Part shown: one piece after another, positions 13,737-26,982 of the stretch | How the letters are laid out: each line of letters begins with the position of its first letter | Numbering within the stretch: position 1 is the stretch's first letter | Assembly (NCBI GenBank): GCA_029531755.1 | Contig: CM055964.1 | Coordinates: 36,034,802-36,098,801 of the forward strand | Reading direction: 5' to 3' | DNA length: 64,000 nt | Source of the DNA: Holothuria leucospilota | Taxonomy: Eukaryota | Program-made: the position numbers and the translations under genes | Notes under the pieces: generated by a model | Told to the model about the DNA's origin: nothing | Database searches by the model: none | Seen by the model: only the letters and a program-made list of their open reading frames with translations

Positions 13737-15504
13737 TACTTAATTGTAAGGGTACATTCACGCGAATCGAGCTGAGATTTTGTACTTACACCTCATGGCC
13801 GTCGAAGAAGGGTAAATTTGTTGCATATGGGTTAAATAAAACGAAAAAGTAATAACCATTATTAGTTTTGAATACCTTTCAATATATTTGATTAGATGCG
13901 AAGACACTTATCCTATATGTGTTTCCTGGGGGGGGGGGGGGGCAAAAGGTATCTCGGCCCCCTCAGTCAAATGATTGGAGGCCCATCTCCCTTTCCCTCA
14001 CCCCACTTCCTAAGCCTATGCATACAGGCATATTTTTAGGGAATTTAGGTCTGACTTAAATGTGTCATTTGAGAGGACCACAGGCGGTATGGGAAGACAT
14101 TTTACAAATGGCTGAAGTTTTTCTTTCCCTACTATTTCTCTGATTGGAAAACAGGTGGGGTGGGGGTGGAAATCCCCCACATTTTGAAGGGTGGACACAT
14201 AATCAACTAGAACTCCTGTTTTTCACCCTTCTTTCCTTAATGCCCCTCTTTCCTTTGAAACTGACGCCCAATACTGAACTTTGTCCTGAAAATGGTTTTC
14301 GTTTTAAAATCTGCATTAGCTAACTCGGAAGGGGGAGGGGACAATGAACCCCCGTCTTATACACCTGTGGAGCGGAGAGTTAGCTGTCAAGGGACGAGGG
14401 AAGGATACTCTAGCAGTCAAGCTTCCATGTTTAAAAGGCATGATATTTGGCTTGGCTTAATTCTAGTTAAAATTCGACGCGGAGTGGCGGAGGACAAGCG
14501 TACTAGGCGCAAGGATGATTTATGGGCCCGGGGTCACACCTTCGGGCGTTTTAGTCTACCATGGGTGAAGTGCCAGTAGGGAGGAAAGGGATTCACACCT
14601 CCTAAATCCACCACTGGTTTAAGCAATTGACAAACATAAAGGTAATAATGGCTAACGTCCGCCGTTTCGAAGTCCGATGCCGACGCAGGCTATTTAATTT
14701 TAACTGCATCGAGTGAGGTACATTTCAATTTTTGCTTGACTTCATATAGTTCAACGAAATCAGGGCCAGGGAGGGGCTCATCGAGAACACAATACCACAA
14801 TACCGCCTTGACTTTTCTTCTAGTGCTCAGAGGGTAGGTAACGAGGCAAAGGTCGGCTAGTCGATCCCCAATCCTACTCTCGGGACATCCATTTGACGTC
14901 CTCATTCGACGAATCAGAATATATCCCCAGTATTAGGCCACATTCCCAAAGGCTGGGCGAGATAACTGAAGAATCCTTGCTTTGCATCGCTGCTCAATAG
15001 CTGAACCGAGCAAAGACACGAAGCGGAAAGATGGGACAACTTCCTTGGTCTGACAATCAGAAATCCATTTAAATCACTAACTTGCAACAGCCATGCCGAA
15101 CAAACAATTCTGAGCCACCAGCAAATTTCCAGGTATTTCTTTATTGTCAAAGCGCCTGTTAAGCCACCAGAAATAAGGATTTCGTTCTTTTGTTGTTTCT
15201 GATATACAAAAGAGAGATTTGAAACTAAGAAGGGTTTATTCTGTTGCAAACTGATTAACACTTCTTTTCAATAAATACAAATTGGTATTTTACCAATCGA
15301 TGTTGTTCCCTACTTTGGATTTTATCATTGTACCTGCTACTTTGCCGGTGTCTGTAAACATCCTGCTGATGTCCGATGATGATGTAATCACACGAAAGCC
15401 GTCTCTCGTAACTTAGCGTAAGAGTAACATACGCAAAGAGGGTGATGAGAGTATGTAAAGCAGCAACCGTAGGAATGTAGTTAGGACCTTACTTTTTTAA
15501 TTTA

Positions 15505-15790
15505 AAAGGAGAACTTAAAGGGAGAATGCAGTCACCCCAATAAAGAATTGCATAGTAGACTATCTTATTTCCTGAATAGCTCTTGAGAATCATGTGATAG
15601 TATTTTTCTCAATTGTAAAATGTACGAAGAGGAACTGCTTGGTTTACCTTGAATATGCAAGATTTATGACATAAAATATCATGAAAGATACTTGGAAGAG
15701 AAATAAGAAGAAATTTGTGACATTAAGCTATTGTTTCAAAATAAGTCGGGGCGACTGCTTTTGACCTTTAAGGACCAACAATATCACGCA
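15505..15790 (+). repeat. Dispersed repeat of about 280 bp (SINE-like or unknown family), with a second copy at 57575-57850.
   Basis: gggagaatgcagtcaccccaataaagaattgcatagtagactatc...ggtttaccttgaatatgcaag...atgaaagatacttggaagagaaataagaag...ggggcgactgcttttgacctttaag here, versus the near-identical string at 57575-57850 in the same orientation. Confidence 0.85.
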
Positions 15791-18700
15791 AGAGCAAAAC
15801 AAAATACAAAAATAAAAAAGGTTGGTTGTAGGCCTATGACGGTATGCTTATGGATGTGACCATACCCTAATGGCATATTAATTAATATGAAATGCCTTTA
15901 ATTCATAATTAATCTACATATAGAAAAGGCAGAGGCATGCAATGGGGGGGGGGGGGGGGCGCTAACTTTGTGAAGGCGAAGTCCAAACCTACAAGCGACA
16001 AATGTGCCAAGCCTCGATGGGAAAGCGGCTGGAGAAAATTTTGGAATAAGACACTGACAAGTCGTATTTCCTGGCATCTGGCAATCAAGATAGGTATACT
16101 TGATGTACAGCTTTTCAGTCATTTTGCAAAACAAAACAAAAACATAGTGGCAAAAAGGAGGGGGCTGGAGACAAAAAACCCCCGAACCTGTAGAAAAGAA
16201 AATTGCAGGGTAGTTTTCTCAAATCATGCATGATGATGAACTATGATCAGGTCACACTGGGTTTCAACTTCAAGATGGCCTAGGGTGACTGTGGATGACC
16301 TCCTTTTCTTGCAAGGAGAGGCACACGAACCTGTGTCGGGCCTACATACTGACATTTCTGAAAGCTAGACTTGTGGCACTCGACGTATCCTCCCTCTTGT
16401 CTTGGTCAAGGCATTATTTGCACATTCAGCACCTACCCATCTAATAATGGGCGCTTGCAAACAGAACTGAACAAACCCAAATTTACTACCAAGATGGGGA
16501 ACTCAAAGTTACAGAAGCCGCCCTCACTTAGCTCCCAATTACTATTGCATACAACTTACTATACATATATTTAGAACTTGGAATAGTATAAAGTCTTCAA
16601 CGGGACTGTCCTCTCTGCTGCCACCTATATGCCCGCCATGTACCTCTCTGCCCCTCACCAAGTAGACTAGCTGCTGATTTCAACTTTTAAAGTTTACATC
16701 TAACATTTTTTTACCTTTTCATAGCACACACTCAACAGAGTTTAAGGTCATGCAAGACCCTTCATTCTGATGTCCGCTATTATGTAATCGTATCTAACAA
16801 GCCTGTCAACCTTACCAGTTTCCTGATAGGCTCTCAGTTTTTCGTCAAATCTCTCGGTCTCATGGCCACAGTGACAAGGATAAAAGTATGTTACTGCCAG
16901 TGCATTTTGAGACGTAGTTTTTTTACTCTGGTGCGAATCTATGTTGGGCTCCTTCACCACTCAATGGGCTCTTCAGAAAACCTGATATAACAGATACCCA
17001 GGTACACCATGCTCTGCAAACATGGTAAGCCTAAAAATACAGACTGATTGCATTAAACAGGTGAAGCTTTAACATGGTAGCTAGTGGTCGTTTGCGTACC
17101 GCCACTGTAAAGAGTTTTGTTTTGACTCAGAAAGATGAAGTGACTGCATTGACTAGAAATCATTTTTAGGATGTACCAAGTCCTCCCTTAGAATAAAACC
17201 ACAAATATGATACCTGACATTGCAGGACCCTTCTGTATGTAGGCCTCTGGATTAAGACTAAAATGAATCTCACAATAGCCCTAAAAGAATATGATATCCT
17301 TATTTGTGAGACCCCATTTGTATGGGGGCCTGGGAACATGCCCCACTGGCCTATGCCTAAATCCCACCCTGTCTTTAACATCTTGAAGTAAACAAAGTTA
17401 GACAATGAGAAATGCACAACACGCTGATATTTGACCACTATAATTGCACCACAGTCAATGGACCAAGGAGAGCCGTTTACTACATAAATCCTTTTGCAAA
17501 TGATTTGTCAGTATAAGAAAAAAGCTACTAAAGAAAAGTTTACTTTTAAAGTAATCTATACATCTATTTTATAGAAAAGGTAAACATAAAATCCATCTCT
17601 CCGGTTATGTTTCATAATTGTTATGATGTACCTTATGAACACAAAAAACAAGTCCTAAAGCATGCAATTTTTCATCCCTATGTCAAACTTGGCTACAAAA
17701 TTAAATCTTACGTACAAATGATAAGAGATTGCATGCATCAATGTTTTTAAGAAGTCACGATCCAATTACAAAATGACTTCAAAGTGTGTCATGCCCTCGC
17801 CAACCCGAAGGTGCAAGACTGCAAAGTGTAACAACAGCATGACATTTAATACTTAAAGTGTACTTTAAGTCTAAAATATCCAAAAAATATGTTACAAAGC
17901 TTGAAAAATGAATCCTATTGGTCCAACTCCAATCTTCACAGGATATTCCTGAGCTGAGATATAAAATATTGAACATTATTCTCTCAATTTAAAATGGTAG
18001 GTTACACAATATTTGTGATGTCATATTTGTACTACTAAAATTAGCATCTTAATTTTTCTTTTGTTTTTTTTTCAAAAGCCACTCCACCTTGTGCTAACAT
18101 GTCATAACTATCTTACTGTTATAAGGTGACTTAACTATAGACACCCTCTCTGTAAAACATACTGTACCACGAAACGGTCATTTTTTCAAGGTCACGTAAA
18201 CATTTTAATTTCCAAAGGAAACAAAAGCAGGCAATGTGAGTTGTACAAGAAGGGCATCACAAATTACTGCGCAATCGACTATTTCAAATTAAGTGAATAT
18301 CTTTCAACATTTTAAATCTCACTAACAGAGTAAGCTATAAACATGGGTGCTGGATGAATGATATTCATTTCCCAACCTCTAAAATATATATTCTTATATA
18401 TTCTTATAATTCTAGACCTCAGGTACACTTTAAGGATCATTATTGCCATATATCCAAAGGTTTCAAATGTAAAAGAAGAACGAAGTGCTAGAATATCTTT
18501 AATATCAGACTAATATAATCCTTCTTCTGTCTTGATATAAATGATTTGACATTAGCTTTTATTGATCTTAATCTAATGCATACATTTAACAAATAAAGAA
18601 CATTTATATAAAATTTGACCAAATGCTTAATTTTTTGGCCATAATGCCTTTCCTATAAAGATGCAAATGTTTCTGATACAGGCACATGGCAGCTATAGGT

Positions 18701-19327
18701 GTAAAGTTATAAACATTAACTATCAACTAAAGAAGAAAACATGAACTTCCCAATTCAGTAACGTAACAGAAAAGGTGTAACTGAAAAGAATTCAGAACCC
18801 ATGCTTGAAAAGGAATAGTCAATTAACTAATGAATTCACAAAGAGGTTTGTACAGATTCCTAGAACATGATTTGATGAAAAATCTCATTTGTGAAGTACC
18901 ATACTTTTTGACTATATTTCCTCTTTACTAGCTCAATTCCTCTACTTCAACACATGCAAGGACACACATCAACTTAATCACAAACAAAAGGGAACGTTGA
19001 TGAAACACTTGAAATGAGCCTGAATAACATAGAGACATACAGCACAATTACTGAAGACAACCTTTATACTACACTTCCTTCCATGAACCAGAAACTCTTC
19101 CTTATTACAAACATTTTCGTTGTAATTAAAAACGTATCGTGGAATGAACACGATATTCTTAAGTAAGGCACATAGCAAAGAAAGCAAAACATAAGAACAA
19201 AAACTTGTCTGAAAGATAAAAGCATGCTATATACTTTATGGATAAACTCATTGACTGTGTCTAGGCAACTGCAGACTTGTGGTTTTCGATACTGCATATC
19301 ATAGAACTTGAATGAAAGACTTCTATA

Positions 19328-19333
19328 TTTATT
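19328..19333 (-). promoter_or_regulatory. MVP: Candidate polyadenylation signal AATAAA for MVP, about 24 nt downstream of the stop codon.
   Basis: The plus strand reads tttatt at 19328-19333, which is AATAAA on the minus strand immediately 3' of the TAA. This would give a very short 3'UTR, and more distal signals cannot be excluded. Confidence 0.4.
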
Positions 19334-19356
19334 TTTTACTTTGTTTTTATCAAAAG

Positions 19357-19515
19357 TTACTCATCATCACTGGTATCATCATCTTCTCCTTTAACTCGCT
19401 TTTTGGGAGGTTCTAGGGCCCCGACGAGACCAGTAGCAGTGTTAAAGAGGTTGATGGGACTTGCCCCATCTGTGATGAGAGTTGATTTGATGCCAAGAGA
19501 CTGCAGCAGTTTGAT
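19357..19515 (-). CDS. MVP: Major vault protein, terminal coding exon 14, including the TAA stop at 19359-19357.
   Basis: Acceptor tttgtag|A. Translation [52 protein letters not shown] matches human [32 protein letters not shown].... Summed over all 14 exons the CDS is 2604 nt (867 aa), an independent frame-consistency check. Confidence 0.88.
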   Translation of the reverse strand: MKLLQSLGIKSTLITDGASPINLFNTATGLVGALEPPKKRVKGEDDDTSDDE

Positions 19516-20695
19516 CTACAAATACATGGAAGAAAAATAACACATACTCAATTGATTCTATCCTACAAACACATTCATAATCTTGAAACTATACCAGACA
19601 TCTGTTTGCAGCTGGCTGCTATGTAGATGCTGAATGGAAAGAAAGCCATTTTGAAAGAAGGCATGACAAATTTTTGTTTCAAGCGAAGTCTGTCTCTCAG
19701 TTGTGGGTTAGTGAAAAATCTGAGTCTCCCACCAGCAACCAACTTCCACCTACGAACGTACAATACTAATACTGGCAAATTGCAAAAGGCTACTTTCAGA
19801 CATATATAGCAAGTATGATAGCCACCAAACAGTAGCACCACCACACTGAAGGGGTGGGGGAGCAGGAGAAAATTCCCCCTGTCAGGGCCTTTTCCTCCCA
19901 CTTTCCCCCCGTCCCCTCCTGTAGGAAGGTATAAAGTTTACAGGTGCAATGCACAGGAACAGTTCCCTCCCAAATTTTGGCTTTACCCCACTTGCACCCC
20001 AAACTTTTGAAATCCTGACAGCCACCAAATTCTCCTCCATGAATATGCATGATTTCAAACTTCATACAAAACTTAATGATTTTAGATCAACTTTTACAAT
20101 CCCAGCCAGGGCTAATCCTGAGATTAAGCTGAAGAAGCACAAACCCAGAGCATAAGTTGAGCAAACAGCCACAATGGGAATCCAGTGTTTATGCAAGTAC
20201 ATCAACAAAAGTCAATACAAACATCCCTTATGTAATTGAAGGTAAAAAGCAGTCGCCCTTCCCCCCTTCCCCCTTCCAAACTTCTTTTGTAATATCAGCT
20301 TAACCTTACCATTCACCAATAATGTCCCTTACAAACTTGCATAGATCTTTCTGTATGTTTCAGAACATGTAGTAAAGGATGGCCAAAAGAAATATCGACA
20401 AAACAAAGTGGGTACTTACATTCCTAACCCACACCCACACACAAAAGACACACACTTACACCCACACCAGGGTGCAGACGTAAGTATCTTTCCTTTCTTC
20501 AAGATTACTACTTGCAACTCCTAGTTTCTAGACTACTAAACTGCACTGTGACTTATTTCAAACCAGATTGACAGTCAACTCTTAGCACTAGCTGAAGACA
20601 AGGAAAGTCAGGTGCAAAGATGAAAAGATAAAATCAGGAAAAAAGGATAAAGGACAGGGAGGGGAACCCCCCCTGGGAAAGGTGTGCCAACTTAC

Positions 20696-20884
20696 CTGCA
20701 TCTCTGGTCCAGCCACTGCAATGGCTCTAATAGTGTCAGAACCAATTGCAGATACCATATTCTTGAATTTATCAGTTTCAATATCAGCAAGTTGCTTAGA
20801 CTTGGTAATCTCCAGCTCGTTTTGGTCTCTGATGTACTTGGTCTCGGCCTCACGAGCACGGGTCAGTCGCTCCAGTTCTGATTC
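20696..20884 (-). CDS. MVP: Major vault protein, coding exon 13 (189 nt).
   Basis: Acceptor ccccag|G and donor CAG|GTAAGT. Translation [63 protein letters not shown] matches human ...[42 protein letters not shown]. Confidence 0.9.
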
Positions 20885-21506
20885 CTGGGGACAAAGAGAG
20901 ACACAATACGAATACAAACAAGCCAACTTGAAGATTTAATCCATTTAAAGTAAGGTGGGAGTTTAACGTCCATTCACAATCAAGGATTTTTAAGAAAGCA
21001 GTTTGAATTCTATTAAGTGCAAAGTATTAGTTGTAATATGATGCAACAGTCACATAGAAAAAAATGAAATTGCTTAATACAAAGTTGAACAAATTTTCCA
21101 TCGAAGTTACTCTACGGCTAACTACTTATCTACAAAGGTTATTTTACCATTAGTCAGCTGGGTTTGCTTGGCGCCATCCCCCAATATGGGCCCTTTCCCT
21201 TACCCATGGGCAATTAATCTAGCTTAAAAATATGGTTTGGGATCATCTTTTTTTTAATCTTTTTTAGAGTCAAGAGCTTTGCTAAAGAAGCAAAATTCTG
21301 CATGAAAACCATTTTGACATACACAAAGATTTGCAATATACACGGTGTACCTCTCCCCTTAACCTCTCCTCATGGTTCCATACTGTTGTCAAACCATCCC
21401 TCCCAAACCCTTCTGCACCCTACCCCCACCCCTCAAAAGAAAAATGCCTGTTTTACATTACTTTTCAAATGCCAACTAATCACATTTAACAAACTTTGGT
21501 ACTTAC

Positions 21507-21750
21507 AGCTTCAATTCTTGCAGCTTCTGATTTCAATCGGGCCTGCTCAACAGCTGCTTCACCGTCGATTTTTTGGGCTTCGGCCCTGGACTGTGCTTCA
21601 GCCTTGGCTTGACCGGTGCTTTCAACAGCAGCACTGTAGGCCTGCAATTCCAGAAGTTCCTTGCGAGCCTTCTCTGCCTCTGCTTCATCCAGAATCTTCT
21701 GCCTTTCCAGCCGTCCCTTTGCTTCCTGTTCCAGACGTTCTGCTTCATGC
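21507..21750 (-). CDS. MVP: Major vault protein, coding exon 12 (244 nt; coiled-coil cap-helix region).
   Basis: Acceptor cattag|G and donor GCT|GTAAGT. Translation [81 protein letters not shown] matches human [81 protein letters not shown]. Confidence 0.9.
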
Positions 21751-21912
21751 CTAATGGAAAATCACGGAAGGCGCCAATGAGAGTTTACCCACAATGCCTT
21801 GTTGCCATTTTGCATACCCATGGGATAAGTTACTACAAAAAATTACAATACTCTTTTTAATATACAGCGAAACACCTTTAAGTTCATGTTAATGGGAACA
21901 AAGTGACAAAAG

Positions 21913-22078
21913 GTCTTGCCAATAGACCCTTTTCCAAACAGCAACTTCAAAGGATTATGGGATAGACTTTAAGTACGCATTTTTTTGTCCACAGTAAAAT
22001 GGCATTGACGAAAACAACACACACCAAAACTCGATCCCACAATCCTTTGTAATTGCTATTTGGAAAAGGGTCTATGGC
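21913..22078. mobile_element. MITE family A copy 2 (MVP intron 11).
   Basis: Same TIRs (tagacccttttccaaacagcaacttcaaaggattatgggatagac ... ctcgatcccacaatcctttgtaattgctatttggaaaagggtcta), flanked by TA. Confidence 0.7.
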
Positions 22079-22183
22079 TGATGGTAAATTGATGGCAGTT
22101 ACCATACCCAATTTGTGACAATAGAGTACACAACATATGGACTAACACAGCTGATCACTCTATGACAGCACTGGTCTACACTT

Positions 22184-22345
22184 ATTACAACAGATCCTTT
22201 ATGAAATAGCAATTACAAAGGATTATGGGCCAGAGTTTTGGGACACATCTTCTTTGCCAATGGCATTTACTGCGGCCAAAAATAGCAGATACCACAACTC
22301 TATACCATAATCCTTTGTAACTGTTATTTGGAAAAGGGTCTACTG
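22184..22345. mobile_element. MITE family A copy 3, left TIR partly truncated (MVP intron 11).
   Basis: ..gaaatagcaattacaaaggattatgggccagag ... ctctataccataatcctttgtaactgttatttggaaaagggtcta. Confidence 0.6.
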
Positions 22346-22906
22346 TAACAGAATATAAAAGAACAAAAGAGATGTACAAATCCACAAATCAGTTTGATAG
22401 TGCCGCTGTTACAGCCAACAGGATTAAGGTATACAACTAGGGCTTGATGTAGCCCAATAAAGGGCACTGCAAAACTGAATCTTAGGGAAGGTTACTGACA
22501 CCAACATTAACCACCGCTTAGGTTGTTTTTTGAGGGGTAGTTTGCCAAACATTAAGAGCATGCCAGCTTTTACAAGGCAAAAGAAACTTTATCAACTCTA
22601 GATACCAGCCTGGAAGAGGATGTGAGTGTTCTCAAGGATTCTATGATCATATTCTATTAATTTTCCCAGCTATCATCGCGCAGGGTACCCTCGGACTCCT
22701 GATATTTCAATCCCTGTTTTAGACATCAGAGCCTTTGACAATATCACGCCCATAGTGCGTAAAATGAAGGCACTAAAAAAGAAAAACAGAATAAAAAAAA
22801 TACACACCTTAAGACTCATAGGTAGATGACAAAAATGTCAATTCCACCACTTCATCCCCAAAAATGCCTCATGCTGTAGCATTTTAACGGTAACTTATTA
22901 TTTTAC

Positions 22907-23118
22907 CTGGCTGCAGCTTCCTGTGAGTTGGTAGTGATTTCAATGGCCAATTGCACTGACTTCATCAAGGCATCTCTTGTCCTCTGGTCAACAGGTTCTA
23001 CTGACTGGATATCAATGCTTGTAATAACCAACATATTTTGAGGAAAGGAGAAACTCTCGCGAACTTTGTTCTTATCATCAAATCCAAAGACAGATGCTCT
23101 GATGATCTTAGCAGAGTT
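22907..23118 (-). CDS. MVP: Major vault protein, coding exon 11 (212 nt, ends in phase 2).
   Basis: Acceptor ttttcag|A and donor AG|GTAAAA. Translation [70 protein letters not shown](R) matches human NSARIIRTAVFGFE...[37 protein letters not shown]. Confidence 0.92.
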
Positions 23119-23715
23119 CTGAAAATTGATTGTAAAAACAAAATTACATAAACATGTGAAGAGCAATGATAAATGCCAAGTTCTGGGCATTGCATAAATT
23201 AAACCATCTTGGTCAGGGATTCCCAAATTGTGGGTTGCGAGGTGGAAACTGATGTCCCAAACCCATGTGGGGGTCGCGGGGACCTCGGAGCGTTGTAGTG
23301 GGTTGCAACGGTTTTAAGGTCAATATTCTCTGCTCTGAATATGCGTAAAACTCCTACCGGTAGGACACAGTAGCGATCTCAGATGGTGGTTTGGTCGCCG
23401 AAAAATGTAAAATCATCAAATTTTGGTCGTTTCAAAAATCCAGTGGGAATCACTGATCTTGGTCAATAATAAAATGGATACTGAAGCACATTTGTACACG
23501 AAGTTGCCAATTCATGTTAAATGTAACACAGTCACTGTCAGATGTGGTAAGTACTACATTGCATGATACAGAATCCAAGACCTTAATGTATAATCTTGTG
23601 CAGTAGAAGAAAATCAAGAAACTACTGATTACAAACTGCTTGAAAAAAAATTTACTTTCAAACTGGAGTACAAATGACTACAGCTTTTACAAGACAGTAA
23701 AACATGATGGCATAC

Positions 23716-23857
23716 CTTATGGAAATCATCAAATTGGACTCCAGCCACTGCTCCACGGATTCTGGAGGCAATTGCCTTGCATGCATCACCAACAAAATCT
23801 GGGACACTGAACAATTTCTTTCCTTCGGCATCATTCTTGTCTTTGACTGCAAAATGC
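23716..23857 (-). CDS. MVP: Major vault protein, coding exon 10 (142 nt).
   Basis: Acceptor ttttcag|G and donor AAG|GTATGC. Translation (W)[47 protein letters not shown] matches human [49 protein letters not shown]. Confidence 0.92.
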
Positions 23858-24519
23858 CTGAAAAAGGTCATAATCACATGAGAAAAATACTATTTCTAAT
23901 AATTTCAGTTTCCCAAGCAAAATTTAACACTTGTTTTTAGATTTAATACTCTTTTGCCTTTCTGGTATGTTTGTAATACCTTTAAAATTTCCATCTGAGG
24001 ATACTCAGCCAAAGTTGTCTTTACAATATGAACTCCTCATCCCAAAATGAGATCAGACAACTCCTCCTTAGCCAATTCCCACTCAGACTGTTTGCACCTG
24101 GAAAACTATCCTCAGGCAATTTCCAACCATGAAATTTATTGTCCTGGGTGGAAACTGTTCTAAGGATATTGTCTGGATGGGAATATTCCAATGGAGGAGA
24201 TGTCAGAGACCTTCAAAATGTACCTCAGTATTTTAGGAACATGTTAAACTCCACCTACCATTTTGCATGTGCCTCATACGAAAATATCAGCCAATGAAAA
24301 TCAGAACTAAGAAAATCAGAACTAATATAATGGCACCCCCAGATCACCAACTAACGAACTCTCTCCTGCTCATGTTATAATTTTTAGGACTACTGTCTAC
24401 ATTTACTTACGACTAGGACAACTGGGTCTAACTTGCCCAATCAAATAGGTTGACTGCCCCTGCAGTTGTGCTAAATGATTACAGCTAAACAGTCTGAATG
24501 TTGAGGAGGTAGCTCACAA

Positions 24520-24900
24520 AGTTTAATATCACTCGTACGCATAAACAGGGTCACTATTTGATGATGCTCATAAAATATGGTCACACTGCAGTTGTCCCAT
24601 AAACATGGTCTCTACCTACTTGGGTTCATAAATAGGGTTAAACTGCAGTAATACTCATAAAAAGACTAACTTTGTATTTGTACTAAAAAAGAGAGCCACT
24701 TGTGCATTTGCTCAGAAGCAGAGCCACTTTTTTTTGGCACTACAAACAAGTACACTTTTATACTCATAAATAGGCCACTTTGTTCTTGTGCAGCTAAGTA
24801 GGATTCCATTGTATTCATAAAAAGTGCCACTTTGTTTTTGCACTCATGTAAAGGATTACTTTGTACTTGTAACATGGTACTCATTCTTGTACTCAGTCCC
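24520..24900 (+). repeat. Degenerate minisatellite with a period of about 40 bp (..ctcataaa..ccactttgt..ttgcac..) in MVP intron 9.
   Basis: The motifs cataaacagggtcactatttgatgatgctcataaaatatggtcacactgcagttgtcccataaacatggtc...actcataaataggccactttgttcttgtgcag...attcataaaaagtgccactttgtttttgcactcatg recur repeatedly. Confidence 0.6.
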
Positions 24901-24959
24901 ATTTTATTGTACTCATATTTCTCTTCCATAAAATGCAAATGGACCTTACTGAAACTCAC

Positions 24960-25157
24960 CAGTTGTATGCGAGTTGGAGCTGGAGTCTAGCGTGATCAGC
25001 CGTTTCTATGGTGATGATATCTGTACAGAAATCTGGTCCCAGAAGAAGACAGAGGGACTTGATGACATTTGGTCTCTTGGGTTTGCCCCCAGAGAGGCTC
25101 AACTGTGTAAACTGCTCATCAGGGCCCAGCATGACCAGTTCTGGACCAAACACAACT
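24960..25157 (-). CDS. MVP: Major vault protein, coding exon 9 (198 nt).
   Basis: Acceptor tgtacag|A and donor TG|GTGAGT. Translation (R)[65 protein letters not shown](W) is nearly identical to human [66 protein letters not shown]. Confidence 0.92.
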
Positions 25158-26397
25158 CTGTACAAAAGCAAATTATTAAAGTTTTGTTCAAAACAACCTA
25201 TCTTAAACACAAAAATACACATCACCAATAAAAACAAATACTAAAATACTAAATAAGTGGGTCATAGAGTGTAATCTTTTGCTGTGCACCTCTGATTGGC
25301 CATTTAAACCAAGTTCACTTCGTTGCCCTTCTTATCCTCAAGGCGGGAGAGCATTTAAGTTTTGAATGCTTACAACAGAGAATGAATAATCATCACTGTT
25401 ATCAAAGCTTCTTGACCTAGCAACTTTATGACCATGGAACCCTTCATTACATTCTATACCACCCACACAATTTTGAAACACTTCTGAAACTTTTATCACC
25501 TTTTCTTGTAAAATTTATGATATTTTATGGCACATGATGTAAAATTCATATTTTCCATACTTTCTTTTTGCCTACATAGCCTTAATTAATGTATATCTAT
25601 GGATTTATGGGTTTTGCTTCCCAAGGCACTTGAAGTTAGTAAACAGCTTTTGTTTGAAAAGGCTAGTTCTGCCCATGATATTAATATTTCTTTGAAAAGT
25701 CTGTAATTATTCAAGATTATATGACCTTCTTCATGCTTTTTGTCTCTACCCTGATTGTAATATTATGAGTTTGTGACTTTAAGCCATATTACGTATAGAT
25801 GCCCTGTTTATTACAAATGGCCAATGCTATCACTTGATTTGAGACTCATGTACTGCTGACAATGAAGCATCATTGCATCACTGCGTGAAAATTACAAAAC
25901 AAACTGACTTTAGAGTTTGCACAGGTAACCTGTTTACATGATATATGGACGTGAAAGAGAATAACCTGTGTCGAGGCCTCTGATTGCTAAAAATTTTCGT
26001 GCCTAAATGTCTAAAGAGATTTGAGTTAGGCTTGCTACCAGCGTCAGAAAACGTCTCAAAATTCAACCGGAGAAACTTGTAGGACCATATAAAGTACTCA
26101 TTTTTCTTAATTGGTTATTTTTTATATGGTTTTTTTTATTGGTAAGTTTTGATTTGAAACAAAATGGCACATTTTGTTGTGACAATTTAGTCTCCCTTAA
26201 ATGGTCGCTGCCTCTTCGATATAGTTCAGGTAGTGTTATGAAGTCTCTGTGCCTATCAAAATTAGCTGCTATTTTAAAGTCACAGCGACAGCAGGTACCC
26301 GGGTCCCCGATGGGTACATCAGGTACCCAGTTCCTGTTTTTTGTACCCATGCAAACATTAATTGACTTTCCACAGAGCAATTTTTTTGTAAAGATAC

Positions 26398-26633
26398 CTT
26401 GCTTTCTTTTCTTTATAGTCATAAATCTGTACTGCAGCATTGTGAGGTACACGGAAAGTAACCACTCTGGTCTTCTCCCTGGGGCGTCTTTGATCTGACC
26501 TGTTTCGGTCACTACGGTCGGCCAAAGGGTCACGTGAATTCTGAAGGAGATCCTCGACAGCGGGAGGGAGTTCCTTGGCCCACAGTTCCTCATCTTGGTT
26601 CAACATGTACGTTACTCCTTTCACTGCCCTGAC
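26398..26633 (-). CDS. MVP: Major vault protein, coding exon 8 (236 nt, ends in phase 2).
   Basis: Acceptor gatag|G and donor AG|GTATCT. Translation [78 protein letters not shown](R) matches human [40 protein letters not shown]...[25 protein letters not shown]. Confidence 0.9.
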
Positions 26634-26721
26634 CTATCAAAGGAAAGATCAATTTCACAGGATGGGTGAGCCTGTATGCAAACCGATTCTGGTGAATGGA
26701 TATCAACCTTTAATATATATA

Positions 26722-26857
26722 TGTTAATCTTGAAACTCTTTTGTAATTTACATGATTAATGTTACCATAGTACTGATATCACCAACATCATGTTAATCTT
26801 GAAACTCTTTTGTAATTTACATGATTAAAGTTACCATAGTACTGATATCACCAACAT
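26722..26857 (+). repeat. Tandem duplication of a 68-bp unit (two copies) in MVP intron 7.
   Basis: atgttaatcttgaaactcttttgtaatttacatgattaa(t/a)gttaccatagtactgatatcaccaacatc occurs twice in tandem. Confidence 0.9.
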
Positions 26858-26982
26858 CTGATTGTCTATTCTCAGTATGGCCAAGACCCATCCACTGACG
26901 ATCATTTTCATACTGTATGTAAATCCATATGGTAAATGTGCAATATGCCAATAACTGTTACAGGTCAAGTGAAAACACACAA

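Noticed and set aside
21302-21754. A 150-aa ORF on the plus strand, plus ORFs at 21573-21860 and 21533-21748.
   Set aside because: It is antisense to, or out of frame with, MVP exon 12, which is a coiled-coil, alanine/glutamate-rich coding segment that keeps several frames open.
26063-26593. A 176-aa ORF on the minus strand, the longest non-repeat ORF in the track.
   Set aside because: It overlaps MVP exon 8 and intron 8 in a different frame. The MVP frame is strongly supported by homology, so this is a spurious alternative-frame ORF.
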